DNA from: an uncultured delta proteobacterium
GTDB taxonomy: Bacteria > Myxococcota_A > Polyangia > Palsa-1104
Direction of reading: 5' to 3'
DNA: 64,000 nucleotides
Assembly (NCBI GenBank): GCA_963785725.1
Contig: CAWAWS010000016.1
Span: forward strand, 256,001 to 320,000
Shown here in pieces: positions 27,150-38,494 of this stretch; within the stretch, counting starts at the first letter, position 1; each line of letters begins with the position of its first letter. The notes under the pieces are model-generated. The model did not search any database and was not told the DNA's origin. It was given only the letters and a program-made list of their open reading frames with translations. The translations under genes were made by a program, and so were the position numbers.

Positions 27150-28307
27150 CAGCCGGTCCGCTGGCGGTCGATCATCGCCAGGAAGCGATCGAACAGGTAC
27201 GACGCGTCGTGCGGCCCGGGCGAGGCCTCGGGGTGGTACTGCACGCTGAAGGCCGGCTTGTCGGCCAAGCGCATGCCCTCGACGGTGTTATCGTTGAGGT
27301 TGACGTGCGTCAGCTCGGCCTTGCCGCGCAAAGAGTCGACGTCGACGGCAAAGCCGTGGTTCTGCGACGTGATCTCGACCTTGCGCGTGCCCAAGTCCAT
27401 GACCGGGCAGTTGGCGCCGTGGTGGCCGAACTTGAGCTTGTAGGTGCTGCCGCCGAGCGCGAGGCCGAGGATCTGATGGCCCAAGCAGATGCCGAAGAGC
27501 GGCACCTTGTGCTCGACGATGGTGCGGCACGCGTCGACGGCGTAGGTGACCGCGGCCGGATCGCCGGGCCCGTTCGACAGAAAGACGCCGTCGGGGCGCA
27601 GCGCCAGCGCCTCGGCCGCCGGCGTCGTCGCCGGGACGACGGTGACGCGGCAGCCGGAGTCGACGAGCATGCGCAGGATGTTGCGCTTGATGCCGAAGTC
27701 GTAGGCGACGATGTGCTTCTCGGCTTGCCGCCGCTGCGACGCGTCCTGCGCGTGCCGCCAGCTGCCTTCGGCCCACGGATAGGTCGCCGCCGACGTGACC
27801 TCGCGGACGAGGTCGCGCCCTTCCAAGCCGGGCGAGCGGCGCACGCGCTCGATGAGCGCCGCGTCCGACAACTTATCGACGGGCGTCGACGGTGATGATG
27901 CCGCGCATCGCGCCTTGGTCGCGCAACTTCTGCGTCAGCGCGCGCGTGTCGACGCCGGCGATGCCGGGCACGCCCGCCTCGGCCAGCACCTTGTCGAGGT
28001 CGACCGTCGCGCGCCAGTTGCTGACGACCGGCGACAGCGCGCGCACGACGAAGCCGGACAGCCAGGCGCGGCTCGACTCGAGATCCTCGAGGTTCCAGCC
28101 GACGTTGCCGATCTCGGGCGCCGTCATGACGACGATCTGCCCGCGATACGACGGATCGGTGATGACCTCTTGGTAGCCGGTCAGCGCCGTGTTGAACACG
28201 ACCTCGCCGGCGCCGCCGTCGCCATGGTCGATGGCGACGCGGGCGCCGAACGCGGTGCCGTGAACGACGGTGCCGTCTTCGAGCGCCAGTCGCGCGCGAT
28301 CAGCCAT
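27149..28307 (-). CDS. carA: Carbamoyl-phosphate synthase small subunit, frameshifted near 27883
   Basis: GEVVFNT..GYQE..TDPSY in 27873..28307; [23 protein letters not shown] in 27149..27871. Confidence 0.93.
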
Positions 28308-29589
28308 GCGCGTCCTCCTCGTGGACCAGCTTGCCGGCGACGAACGTGTGGGTGACGCGCCCGCGCAATTCCCAGCCGCGGAACGGCGAATTGCGCGACT
28401 TGGAGCGCCAGCGCGTGGGATCGACTGTGTAGATCGTGTTCACATCCAAGATGGCGACGTCGGCGGGCGCGCCTTTGGCGAGCGTCCCTGCGCGCAGGCC
28501 GAAGATCCGCGCCGCGCCGCTGGTCATGCGCCGAATCAGCGTCGGCAAGGTCAGCAGCTTCTCGTCGACGAGCTTCAGGCCGAGGCCGAGCGCCGTCTCG
28601 AGGCCGATCATGCCGAAGGCCGCTTGATCGAACTCGACGTCCTTCTCTTGCGCGGCGTGCGGCGCGTGATCGGTCGCGATGCAGTCGATCGTGCCGTCGG
28701 CGAGCGCCTCGCGTACGGCCTGGCGGTCGGCTTCGCCGCGCAACGGCGGCGCGCACTTGGTCGCCGTGTCGTACGAGCAGCACGCGACGTCGGTCAGCGT
28801 CAGATGATGCGGCGTCACTTCCGCCGTCACCGGCAAGCCTTGCGCCTTGGCGCGCCGCACCGCCGCCACCGCCGCCGCCGTCGAGATGTGCGCCACGTGA
28901 TAGCGCGCGCCCGTCCAGGCGACCAGCTCGAGATCGCGCGCCACCATCACCGACTCGGCCATCGGCGGCTGACCGCGCAGGCCGGCGCGCGTCGACGCCG
29001 GCCCTTCGTTCATGACGCCGCCCTGCGCCAGCTGCTTGTCCTCGGCGTGCTGCACGACGGTGAGCCCGAACGTGCGCGCATATTCGAGCGCGCGGCGCAT
29101 GAGATCGGCGTTCATAACCGGCATGCCGTCGTCGGACACGGCGATGATGCCCGCGTCCTTCATCTCGCCCATCTCCGCCAGCGACTCGCCTTTGAGCCCC
29201 TTGGAAATCGCGCCCACCGGCAACACGCGCACGACCGAAGCCTCCCGCGCCCGCCGCACGATCAAGTCGGTCACCGCGCGGTTGTCGTTGGGCGGATTCG
29301 TGTTCGGCATGCAGCAGACGGTCGTGAAACCGCCCGCGGCCGCCGCGCGCGCGCCCGACGCCAGGTCCTCTTTGTACTCGTGACCGGGCTCGCGAAAGTG
29401 GACGTGCAGATCGACGAAGCCGGGCACGACGACGCGACCGGCGCAATCGATGACGCGCGCGCCTTCGCGGTGTGCGCCATTTTCGACGGCGGTTATGACG
29501 CCGTCCTCGATCAATAGGTCGGTCGTGCGGTCGAGATCGGCGGCGGGGTCGATGACTCGCCCGCCCTTCAAAACGAGTGCCTGCGGCAC
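28300..29589 (-). CDS. pyrC: Dihydroorotase
   Basis: DLHVHFREPG, MPNTNP, EVTPHHL, IATDHAPH; start uncertain (GTG 29589 or TTG 29625). Confidence 0.95.
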   Translation of the reverse strand: MPQALVLKGGRVIDPAADLDRTTDLLIEDGVITAVENGAHREGARVIDCAGRVVVPGFVDLHVHFREPGHEYKEDLASGARAAAAGGFTTVCCMPNTNPPNDNRAVTDLIVRRAREASVVRVLPVGAISKGLKGESLAEMGEMKDAGIIAVSDDGMPVMNADLMRRALEYARTFGLTVVQHAEDKQLAQGGVMNEGPASTRAGLRGQPPMAESVMVARDLELVAWTGARYHVAHISTAAAVAAVRRAKAQGLPVTAEVTPHHLTLTDVACCSYDTATKCAPPLRGEADRQAVREALADGTIDCIATDHAPHAAQEKDVEFDQAAFGMIGLETALGLGLKLVDEKLLTLPTLIRRMTSGAARIFGLRAGTLAKGAPADVAILDVNTIYTVDPTRWRSKSRNSPFRGWELRGRVTHTFVAGKLVHEEDAHG

Positions 29590-29655
29590 GGGCAATGGTG
29601 TAGCGACTCGCGGACGAAACTGCAAGCGCCTAACGCAGCGCGCGGTTATTCGCGA

Positions 29656-30381
29656 CTATTCGACGCGAACGACGGCCGGACCGAGCGCGCGCACCAGATC
29701 TTCGCAGGCGGCGGCGACGGCCGTCGCGTCCTTGCCTTCCAGCGTCAGCTTCACCTTATAGTCGGGCGCGCTGAACGTCGGATAGCTGCCGACGGCCACG
29801 GCGCCATAGCGGGCGACGATGCGATCGAGCTCGCCGGCGATGAGCCCCTCTTCCGACGTCGTGTAGACGTTGCGCAAGATATAGGGCGCTTCGCGAAAGC
29901 GTTCTTTGATCGAGTCGAACTTGCGGCGGAAGAGCTCGGGGACGCCGGGCAAAATATGGACGTTGCGCATGGCGATGACGGGCCAACCAGGGCCGCCTTC
30001 GCCGATGACGAAGTGGGCGCCTTCGGGCACGTCGGCCATGCGCAGGTCGCGCTCGCGCAGCCGCTCGCCGTAGTGGCCGCGCAGCATCTGCTCGAGCAGC
30101 GGGTGGCGGATCACCTTGCCGGCGAAGGCGCGCGCGACGCCTTCCATCGTCAGATCGTCGTGCGTGGGACCGACGCCGCCCGACGTGAACACGAGATCGT
30201 AGCGCGCGGAGAAGTCGGCGACGGTGGCGGCGATCTCGTCGAGCACGTCGGGGATGACGGTGATGCGCCGCAAGGCCACGCCCAGCTTGCGCAGCTCGTC
30301 GACGGCGTGGCGCGCATTTTCATCCTGCACCTTGCCCGAGAGGATCTCGTCGCCGATGAGGATGATGCCCGCGGTGGACAT
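29656..30381 (-). CDS. CinA-like molybdopterin-binding-domain protein
   Basis: IGDEILSGKVQDEN, SGGVGPTHDDLT, LPGVP. Confidence 0.88.
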   Translation of the reverse strand: MSTAGIILIGDEILSGKVQDENARHAVDELRKLGVALRRITVIPDVLDEIAATVADFSARYDLVFTSGGVGPTHDDLTMEGVARAFAGKVIRHPLLEQMLRGHYGERLRERDLRMADVPEGAHFVIGEGGPGWPVIAMRNVHILPGVPELFRRKFDSIKERFREAPYILRNVYTTSEEGLIAGELDRIVARYGAVAVGSYPTFSAPDYKVKLTLEGKDATAVAAACEDLVRALGPAVVRVE

Positions 30382-30500
30382 GGCGGGGGCAGTGTAGTAC
30401 CAAAGTCCGCCGTGAGCGAGCGCCAGCGAGCGAACGTGAGCGTGGCCCGTCGGGCCCGCGGATCAATTTACGAGCGCCAGCCCGTAGCGAGCCCGCGGCC

Positions 30501-31066
30501 ATGAGCGAGCGCGACGGTTCTCTCGAGGAGCTGCGCGAGCTGCTCGATTCCGCCGGCATCGGCCGCGCGCTCAAGCGCATCGCGCACGAGATCGTCGAGC
30601 GCAACGCGGCGGCGGGCGCGGTGCTGCTCGTCGGCATTCGCACGGCGGGCGTGCCGCTGGCCGAACGCTTGGCGGCGATCGTCAACGCCACCGGCGAGCT
30701 GACGGCCGAGCTGGGCGCCATCGACATCACGCTCTACCGCGACGATGTCTTCGAAGGGCTGCCCAAGCCGGAGGTCGGCTCCAGCGAATTCCCCGGCCAC
30801 ACCATCGCCGGCAAGACCATCATCCTCGTCGACGACGTGCTCTACACCGGCCGCACCATTCGCGCCGCGCTCGACGCGCTCATGGATTACGGCCGGCCGC
30901 GCGCGGTGCAGCTGGCCGTGCTCGTCGACCGCGGCCATCGCGAGCTGCCGATTCAGCCCGATTACGTGGGCTCGAAGGTGGAGACCACGCGGCAGCAGTC
31001 GGTGAAGGTGATCCTCGACGGACGCGATCGCGCCGTGTTGCGACAGCGCAAAGCCGAGGGCAAACG

Positions 31067-31070
<4 letters not shown>
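30501..31070 (+). CDS. pyrR: Pyrimidine operon regulator / uracil phosphoribosyltransferase
   Basis: [37 protein letters not shown]. Confidence 0.95.
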
Positions 31071-31996
<926 letters not shown>

Positions 31997-32117
31997 TTCT
32001 GCTTCGGCTTCGCCGGTAGATCATTCTTCGGCTTGCGATCGCCGAAGCCAGCGTTCGTGAAATACGAGAACAGGCCGATCAACACGGCGACGGCAATGAG
32101 GATGCCCAGCGTGCCCA

Positions 32118-33935
32118 TTATTCGTCGAGGATGACACGAGTCGAGCTGCCGCGGTCGTGAACATTGACCGGGCGCTCGATCTCGACGGTGCGGTCGCCTT
32201 CGGGCGCGTAGAGCGTGATGTGGTGCGGGCCGGGCTTCATCGAGATGCGCGCCTCGGCCGGGCACGAGCGGCCGCTGTCGGCGCCGTCGACGAAGATGCG
32301 ATATTGCCCGGGATGCTTGCACACGAGCTTCAGGCCCGCGTCGCCGTCGATCTCGGCCGGTAGCATGGCGGCGACGAGCGGCGCTTCGATGCTCACGCCG
32401 GCGTCGAGCGGACCGCGCCACAGCCGCTGCCCTTCGGCCACGACGACGAGCGCGTGCACGCCCGGCGGCAGCGGCAGCGACGCCGGCGTCGTGCCCGCGG
32501 CCTTGCCGTCGATGAAGAGCCGCGCCCCGCTCGGCTGCGACCGGACGGTCGTCGTCAGCGGCGTCGTCAGCGACGTCGTCGGCGCACCCAACGCGACCGG
32601 CGGCGGCGGCGGCGCCGTTTGCGCGACGATCGCGGGCTCGGTCGCCTGCGGCTGCGATTGCGCGTCCCGCGGCGTGCGGCCGCGCTCGATCTTGAAGGCG
32701 ATCGTCGCCACCGACAGCGCCATCGCCGCCAGCGCCATCGCCGGCAACATGCGCTGCCCGACCGACGGCCGCTTACGGCGCAGCGCGTCCAACGTCGTCG
32801 TCGCCGTGGTCGACGGCGGATCCCACACGGTCGTCGACGGCGGCGGCAACAGCGGCCGACCACCCCACGGCGTCGCCACGCTCGCCGCCGACGGCAACAT
32901 CGACGGCGGCGGCGGCAAGGGCAGCGTCTCGCCGCCCACCTCCGGCATGGCCGCGAAGAAGTCGTCGGCCACCGACGGCGCGCGAATCCCCGTCGCCGGC
33001 GGCGGCTGCGGATTGCCGATGCCTTCGAGCGGCGAGCGGCGCGTGACGTCCGCCGGCAGCTTGTCGCGCGCGCGTTCGGCCAGCATCGACCGCGCCGTGT
33101 TCACGCGCTCGCCGAGCAGCGTCAGCGCCTGCGTGCGGAAGTCGGCCAGCGACGGCAGACGCGCCGCCGCTCGCGCCGCCAGCGCGCGCGCCAACAGCGG
33201 CCCCGCCGCCGCCGGAATCCCCGACAGCGACGGTGGCGACGCGTCCGACTGCGCCGCGATCTCGACGGCGCGCGTGCCCACGAACGCGGGACGACCGGCC
33301 AACAGCTCGAACAGCACCGCCGCCAAGCCAAAGACGTCGGCGCGGCCGTCGAAGTTGCCGCGTCCCATTTGCAGCTCGGGCGCGGCGTAGCGAAGCGCGT
33401 CGACGAAGGCGTCGTCGTCGGACCAGCCCGGCTGCACGCGCATGTGCAAGAGGCCGAAGTCGCGCACGAAGACGCGGCCGTCACCGTCGACGAGGATGCA
33501 CTCGGGCGACAGGCCGAGGTGCAAGATGCCGCCCGGCAGCAGGTCGGTGCGAGCGTGCGCGTTGGCGACGGCGTCGGCGACCTCGATGGCGACGAGCAGC
33601 GCCGCGTCGGTCGGCAGCGGTCCGTCGGCGACGAGCGCGCTCAGCGGCGCGCCGCGAATCCAGTCGGAGACGAGGTAGTGGACGTCGCCTTCGGCGGCGA
33701 GCTCGTGGGCGCGGGCGATGCGCGGATGCGACAGCCGCGCCCAGCCGTTGGCGGCGCGCACCAGTCGAGCCATCGCCTCTTTGTCGGTCGCCAGCTCGTC
33801 CGCGACGATCAGGAGCGCAAAGTCCTTCTCGAAGCCGGCATCGCCGTAAACGCGCGCGCGATGCAGGATTCCGAGCGGTCCGCTGGCGATCTCCTCACCG
33901 CAAACGAAGCGCCCGAGCGTTCTGCGCTCCCCCAT
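32118..33935 (-). CDS. Membrane Ser/Thr pseudokinase with PEGA domain
   Basis: Kinase fold with HRD replaced by HLG and VAIK by FALL, DFG kept; TM; VRSQPSGARLFIDGKAAGTTP. Confidence 0.8.
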   Translation of the reverse strand: MGERRTLGRFVCGEEIASGPLGILHRARVYGDAGFEKDFALLIVADELATDKEAMARLVRAANGWARLSHPRIARAHELAAEGDVHYLVSDWIRGAPLSALVADGPLPTDAALLVAIEVADAVANAHARTDLLPGGILHLGLSPECILVDGDGRVFVRDFGLLHMRVQPGWSDDDAFVDALRYAAPELQMGRGNFDGRADVFGLAAVLFELLAGRPAFVGTRAVEIAAQSDASPPSLSGIPAAAGPLLARALAARAAARLPSLADFRTQALTLLGERVNTARSMLAERARDKLPADVTRRSPLEGIGNPQPPPATGIRAPSVADDFFAAMPEVGGETLPLPPPPSMLPSAASVATPWGGRPLLPPPSTTVWDPPSTTATTTLDALRRKRPSVGQRMLPAMALAAMALSVATIAFKIERGRTPRDAQSQPQATEPAIVAQTAPPPPPVALGAPTTSLTTPLTTTVRSQPSGARLFIDGKAAGTTPASLPLPPGVHALVVVAEGQRLWRGPLDAGVSIEAPLVAAMLPAEIDGDAGLKLVCKHPGQYRIFVDGADSGRSCPAEARISMKPGPHHITLYAPEGDRTVEIERPVNVHDRGSSTRVILDE

Positions 33936-34005
33936 GCTCGTGAGCATGAGTAACATGCAGACACACAGAGAGTCGATGACTTTTGCACCCTAAATCGTCC
34001 CGCGA

Positions 34006-34992
34006 TCACGCGAGGTCGGCGACGGCAGCTCCAATGATTTCGTCATATTCGCCGTTGCGGTAGTAACTGAAGCCCTCACTATCGGGCGCGCGACTGGCGT
34101 ATGCCAGCATCCAAGGTCCAATGCCGGCGACGCCCAGCTCGCGCGCGCATTCGAACCAGCCGGCGTAGATCTCCCGGCGCGCGTCGGCCGGCAGGCGACT
34201 GCCGGCAATGCCGAATTCGCCGACGATCAAGGGACGCGTCACGTGATGCGCCGCCTGCGTGATGCGCTGCAAGCCGAAGCGCGCCTCGTCACCGACGGCA
34301 GCGCCCTGCTTCTCCGGGTAGAAATGCAGCGACGCCAGGTCGAGATCGGGCGAGTCGCGCGCCTCTTCGTCGCCGAGGCTGACCAGCTGGCGCGAACGAT
34401 CGCGCACACAGCCGGCGGCGAACGACACCCAATCGGACGGCGCTTGCCGCGCTTCGTTCATCAGCTCCCAGGCGAGCACCGTCGGATCGTCGCCGTAGCG
34501 CACGCCGGTCACGGAGTTGCGGCGATCGAGCAGCGTCGTCACACGCAGTCGATAGGCGTCACGCAGCTGCGGATCGGCATAGAACTGCGCGGCGTAGTCG
34601 GCGGGCGATTGGTCGTTGCGCACGGGCACGCCGCGCCAGCGCAGCCACTGCGCCATGCCGCCATACGACGGCCAATAATCGTGCAGCGCCAGAATCAGAC
34701 GCAGCCCGCGACGGCCGGCGGCGGCGACGGCGCGGTCGAGCGCGACGAACCCGCTTTCCATCGGTTGGTCGAGCCCGTTCCACATTCGGCTCGTCTTGTC
34801 GGGATTGTCGTTGAAGGCCCAGGCGCGCACGACGGCGGCGCCGAGCGCGACGGCGTCATCGAGCGCCGCGTCGCAGTTTTCGGGCGCGCCTTGGCCGATC
34901 TCGTCTTGCAGGTAGTAGGCGTTGGCGAGGATGAAGCGCCACGGCTTGCCGTCACGCAGGAGGGTCGCGCCGTCGCTGCCGATGAAGGTCAC
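34006..34992 (-). CDS. GH5 endo-beta-mannanase-like glycoside hydrolase
   Basis: ANAYYL, RAWAFND, YGGMAQW, AWELMNEAR acid/base, IVGEFG nucleophile. Confidence 0.85.
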   Translation of the reverse strand: MTFIGSDGATLLRDGKPWRFILANAYYLQDEIGQGAPENCDAALDDAVALGAAVVRAWAFNDNPDKTSRMWNGLDQPMESGFVALDRAVAAAGRRGLRLILALHDYWPSYGGMAQWLRWRGVPVRNDQSPADYAAQFYADPQLRDAYRLRVTTLLDRRNSVTGVRYGDDPTVLAWELMNEARQAPSDWVSFAAGCVRDRSRQLVSLGDEEARDSPDLDLASLHFYPEKQGAAVGDEARFGLQRITQAAHHVTRPLIVGEFGIAGSRLPADARREIYAGWFECARELGVAGIGPWMLAYASRAPDSEGFSYYRNGEYDEIIGAAVADLA

Positions 34993-35065
34993 GCTTTACG
35001 GTAGCACGCGCGGCGGCGCCAAAGGCGGGGGCGAGCGCCGGCGAGGCTATGATAAGGTTGCCGCG

Positions 35066-36256
35066 GTGACTTCCTACGCGGACGCCGGACCGGAGGACGC
35101 AGCCAAGGTTCGTTTCGTGCGCCGGCGCGCGGCGGCGGTCTTCGGCGCGCACGGTTATCGTGAGCTCTTGCCGTCGGCGTTGGAGCCGGTCGGCACCGCG
35201 GCGCGCATCGGGGCCGCGCTGGCCGCGCCGGCGCTGCCCGACGGCCGCGAGCTGCGCCTCGACGCCATGGTCTCGTTGGCGCGCGCCTATGGCGCCGGGC
35301 CCGATCGCGGGCGCTTCGCGCGGCGCATGATGGGCGGCGCGCTCTTCGATCCGCATCCGGCCGGCCGGCTGCGCTCGCCGACGTTCGAGATCGAGGCCGG
35401 CGTCATCTTCGGCGTCTCCGATCCCGCGGCCGACGCCGAGGTCTGCGCGCTGGCGCATGCGCTCGGCGGCGATCCCGGCTTGGGCGGCGCCGAGGTCGTG
35501 GTCTCGACCGTGGGTGACGCCGGTGACCTCGAGCGTTACGCCGGCCGCTTGGCCGAGCTGGGCACGCTCGCCTGTCCGCGCTGCCTCGCCACCGCCGATC
35601 CACTGCGCTTCTTGGGCTGCGACGAAGAGGGCTGCCGCGCGCTGGCGCAATCGGCGCCGCCCTTGCGCGACGAGGTCTCGACGCCGGCGCGCCGCCATCA
35701 CGAGGCGCTGCTGGCGCTGCTCGAGGCGGCCGGCGTGCCCGTGCGCGACGATCCGCGGCTGGCGTTCGGCTCGACGCGCTATCGACGCACGATCTTGGAG
35801 CTGCGCGCGCTCGAAGGCGACGACACGCGGCTCGTCGTCGCGCGCGGCGGTCGTCGCGACAACCTGGTGGCGGCCACCGGCGGCCCGCAGACGCCGGCGG
35901 TCGGCTTGACGCTCGGGCTCATGCGCGCCGCCGCTTGCGTCTCGCCCGCCGACGCCAGCTTCGAGCCGGGCTGCGAGATCTTCTTCGCCGCGCAAGGCGC
36001 GCGGGCACGCGCCTGGGCCTTTCGCGCCGCCGCCGCCGAGCGCGCGCGCGGCTTCCGCGTCGACGTCGACTTGGGCGACGGCAGCTGGGACGAACAGCTG
36101 GCGCGCGCCGACGAATTGCACGCCCGCGTCGTCGTCTTGTGCGGCGAAGACGAGCGGCAAAGCGGCGCAGTGCAGCTCCGCGATCTGCGCTCGCAGCAGG
36201 CGCTCACCGTCCCCGAAGCCGAGCTGTCGAGCATCCTCAAGCGGCTGTTGCGCTAA
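35066..36256 (+). CDS. Degenerate histidyl-tRNA synthetase paralogue (HisS/HisZ-like)
   Basis: FGAHGYRE, CPRC..DPLRFLGC, ADAEV, TPAVGLTLGLMR and C-terminal anticodon-binding-like domain; catalytic motifs altered. Confidence 0.7.
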   Translation: MTSYADAGPEDAAKVRFVRRRAAAVFGAHGYRELLPSALEPVGTAARIGAALAAPALPDGRELRLDAMVSLARAYGAGPDRGRFARRMMGGALFDPHPAGRLRSPTFEIEAGVIFGVSDPAADAEVCALAHALGGDPGLGGAEVVVSTVGDAGDLERYAGRLAELGTLACPRCLATADPLRFLGCDEEGCRALAQSAPPLRDEVSTPARRHHEALLALLEAAGVPVRDDPRLAFGSTRYRRTILELRALEGDDTRLVVARGGRRDNLVAATGGPQTPAVGLTLGLMRAAACVSPADASFEPGCEIFFAAQGARARAWAFRAAAAERARGFRVDVDLGDGSWDEQLARADELHARVVVLCGEDERQSGAVQLRDLRSQQALTVPEAELSSILKRLLR

Positions 36257-36397
36257 GCCGTTCGCCGTAGCCTGCGGCAGCCGCGCGCCAAAAGCCGTTC
36301 AGCCCGTCGCGAGCGCGAAGCGGAGCGCTCCTGCCGGTGAGCCGCGCATCGCAGCGACAACGTGGCGATCGGACCGCGCAGCAGGTTTGAACGAGTT

Positions 36398-36652
36398 CTA
36401 CGCCGTATGAACTGGCGGTGCGCCCAAGAAGAACCAGTTTTCCCCGTCGACTAGGCGCAGCGCGCGCTTGAACGACGTCTTCAGGCGCGCCGGCAAGCGC
36501 GGCTTGAGCGCCCACAGCGTGCGCCGTCCCCGCGTCGTGCGCGCCAAGACGACGACGAAGGCGATCGCGAACAGCGCCACCAACCCGCCCGGTAAAGCCA
36601 CCATCGCCGCCAGCATCATCATTTTGCGCGCCACGTCTCCGGTGCGTTGCAT
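36398..36652 (-). CDS. Small hypothetical membrane protein
   Basis: Hydrophobic segment then basic tail; start uncertain. Confidence 0.45.
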   Translation of the reverse strand: MQRTGDVARKMMMLAAMVALPGGLVALFAIAFVVVLARTTRGRRTLWALKPRLPARLKTSFKRALRLVDGENWFFLGAPPVHTA

Positions 36653-36682
36653 CGCGCATACCGCAGCTCCACGACGCGCGCG

Positions 36683-36823
36683 GCTAGCACCTCACCACAG
36701 CGATTTCGACCGGTCCGCGCCGGTCTTCGACGTCCATGGCTTCGTTGCTCCTCCTCGAAATACAGACAGTATTCCTTCGTCGTCGCGCCTCGCCCTTCAA
36801 AATCGCTGTGGCGAGGTACTAGC
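36683..36823. mobile_element. MITE-like element, about 140 bp, CTAG-bounded terminal inverted repeats
   Basis: GCTAGCACCTCACCACAGCGATTT (36683-36706) vs AAATCGCTGTGGCGAGGTACTAGC (36800-36823): 22/24 complementary. Confidence 0.65.
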
Positions 36824-38033
36824 GTTTGCGGCGCGCGTAGAGGCCGAGCAGCACGAGCACGAGCGCGCCGCCGGCGAGCGACCATGAGTGGCTCTCCGGT
36901 CGCGCCGGGCCGATGGCGGGCGCGTCGGCGGCGAACATCGGCTCGCCGTTCGCGAAGCGGACGAGCTCGATGGGCGGGCCGTCATCGAGCGGCAGCGCCG
37001 CCACCTCCACGGTCGGGCCGTCGACGCGCACGCGCAGCAAATGATAGACGGGTCGATAAATCCGCTTGGCCGCGCGATCGACCGGGCTGCACGGTGACTC
37101 GTCGTATAAAGGCGCCCCGCCGCCGCCGCTGACGAAGTAGCGGACGCCGTTGCGCTCCAAGCGCTCGTAGGCGTGATCGTGGCCGGCGAAGACCGCGCTC
37201 ACGCGATGCTCCTCGAAGAGCCGCACCCACTCCGACTCTTCGATCGCGGCGCCGCAATGGGTGCCGACCGACAAGGGCGGCTGATGGACGAGGACGAAGG
37301 TGTGCGTCACGTGCTCGCGGGCGGCGGCGTCGAGCTGCCCGCGCAGCCACTCGGTCTGCGCGGCCGTGGGCGCGTTGCCGTCGAGGACGATGAAGGCCAG
37401 CGGACCCCAGCGAAAGCCGTAGTAGAGCCGCTGGCGGCCGTCGTCGGGCAGCGCGAACGCCTCGCGAAAGCGGTGCGCCTCGGGGTCGTGGAAGATCTCG
37501 TGGTTGCCGAGCGCGGGGTAGATCGGCACGTCGGCCAAGAGCGGCGCTTCGGCGTCGAAGAAGTCCTGCCAGCCCTGCGCGTCGCCGCCGTGCACGGCCA
37601 AGTCGCCGGTGTAGAGGACGAACGACGGCGACAGGCTGCGCGCCAGCGTCGCCAGCTGCGCGCCCTCCCGCTGCCCGTTGCGCGTGTCGCCGTACACGAC
37701 GAACGTCACCGGCTTGGCGGCGTCGGCAAGTCGCACCTCGCCGCCGCCGGCCTCTTGGCCGTCGACGCGCACGCGATACGAGACGCCCGTCGCCGTAGCC
37801 GTTACGCCGCGCAGGACGGCTTCGTGGTGCGTGCCCGTCGTCGTCACGTGCACGGCGCCGGCGCGGACCTCGACCGTCGCGGCGGCGGCGCTGTCGCAGA
37901 CGACGGTGAAGCCGTCGCCGCGCACGTCCTGCACGTACGGGCCGCGCGTCAGCCGGCCGCTCGGCTCATCGGCGCCGGCGGAACGGCAGACGATCACGAC
38001 CGCGCACAGGCAGACGATCGCCCGAGCCTGCAC
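36819..38033 (-). CDS. Exported calcineurin-like metallophosphoesterase with C-terminal anchor
   Basis: RGPYVQ, YGDTR, TGDL, LGNHE, VHQPP, AGHDHAYER; TM plus RRKR tail; start approximate. Confidence 0.85.
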   Translation of the reverse strand: MQARAIVCLCAVVIVCRSAGADEPSGRLTRGPYVQDVRGDGFTVVCDSAAAATVEVRAGAVHVTTTGTHHEAVLRGVTATATGVSYRVRVDGQEAGGGEVRLADAAKPVTFVVYGDTRNGQREGAQLATLARSLSPSFVLYTGDLAVHGGDAQGWQDFFDAEAPLLADVPIYPALGNHEIFHDPEAHRFREAFALPDDGRQRLYYGFRWGPLAFIVLDGNAPTAAQTEWLRGQLDAAAREHVTHTFVLVHQPPLSVGTHCGAAIEESEWVRLFEEHRVSAVFAGHDHAYERLERNGVRYFVSGGGGAPLYDESPCSPVDRAAKRIYRPVYHLLRVRVDGPTVEVAALPLDDGPPIELVRFANGEPMFAADAPAIGPARPESHSWSLAGGALVLVLLGLYARRKR

Positions 38034-38047
38034 GCGCAACGAACGGC

Positions 38048-38489
38048 TCAGCGCCGCCGGGTGGCGATCGCCAAGCGGCGCAGACCGGCCGCCTTGGCCA
38101 GCTCCATGACGGCGACGACGCGACCGTGATGCGTGGCTTCGTCGGCCTGCACGACCACCTGCGTCTCCGGATCGCGCGCCTTGGCGTCGTCGAACATCTT
38201 GCGCAAGGTGTCGGCCGAGACGGGCTTGCCGTCGACGACCATGTTGCCGTCGGTGGTGATGGCGACGGTGACGTCCTTGGTGTTGCTGGCGATCTCTTTG
38301 GTGGCGCCCTTGGGCAAGTTGACGCGCACGCCGGCGCGCGCGCGCGTCGGTGGCCATGACCGACGAGGTCACCATGAAGATGATGAGCAAGACCAGGAAG
38401 ATGTCGGTCAGCGGCGTGATGTTGATGTCGGCGAACAGCTCGGCACCGTCACCGCCGTCGTCGCTCTTCTTCGGTCCGCCCATCGCCAT
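38048..38489 (-). CDS. exbD: ExbD/TolR family protein, frameshifted at the (CG)n run near 38340
   Basis: INITPLTDIFLVLLIIFMV in one frame; VNLPKG...VQAD...HGRVVAVM in the next. Confidence 0.88.
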
Positions 38490-38494
38490 GCGGG

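Noticed and set aside
27149..28307. carA as a pseudogene or programmed frameshift
   Set aside because: All motifs intact and no slippery heptamer; other indels in the window point to sequencing error
30414..30435. GAGCGAGCGCCAGCGAGCGAAC as a REP-like element
   Set aside because: Only one copy seen in the window; cannot be supported without a genome-wide search
30400..30500. PyrR-binding attenuator upstream of pyrR
   Set aside because: AGTCC is present but not the full ARUCCNGNGAGGYU loop or a U-tailed terminator
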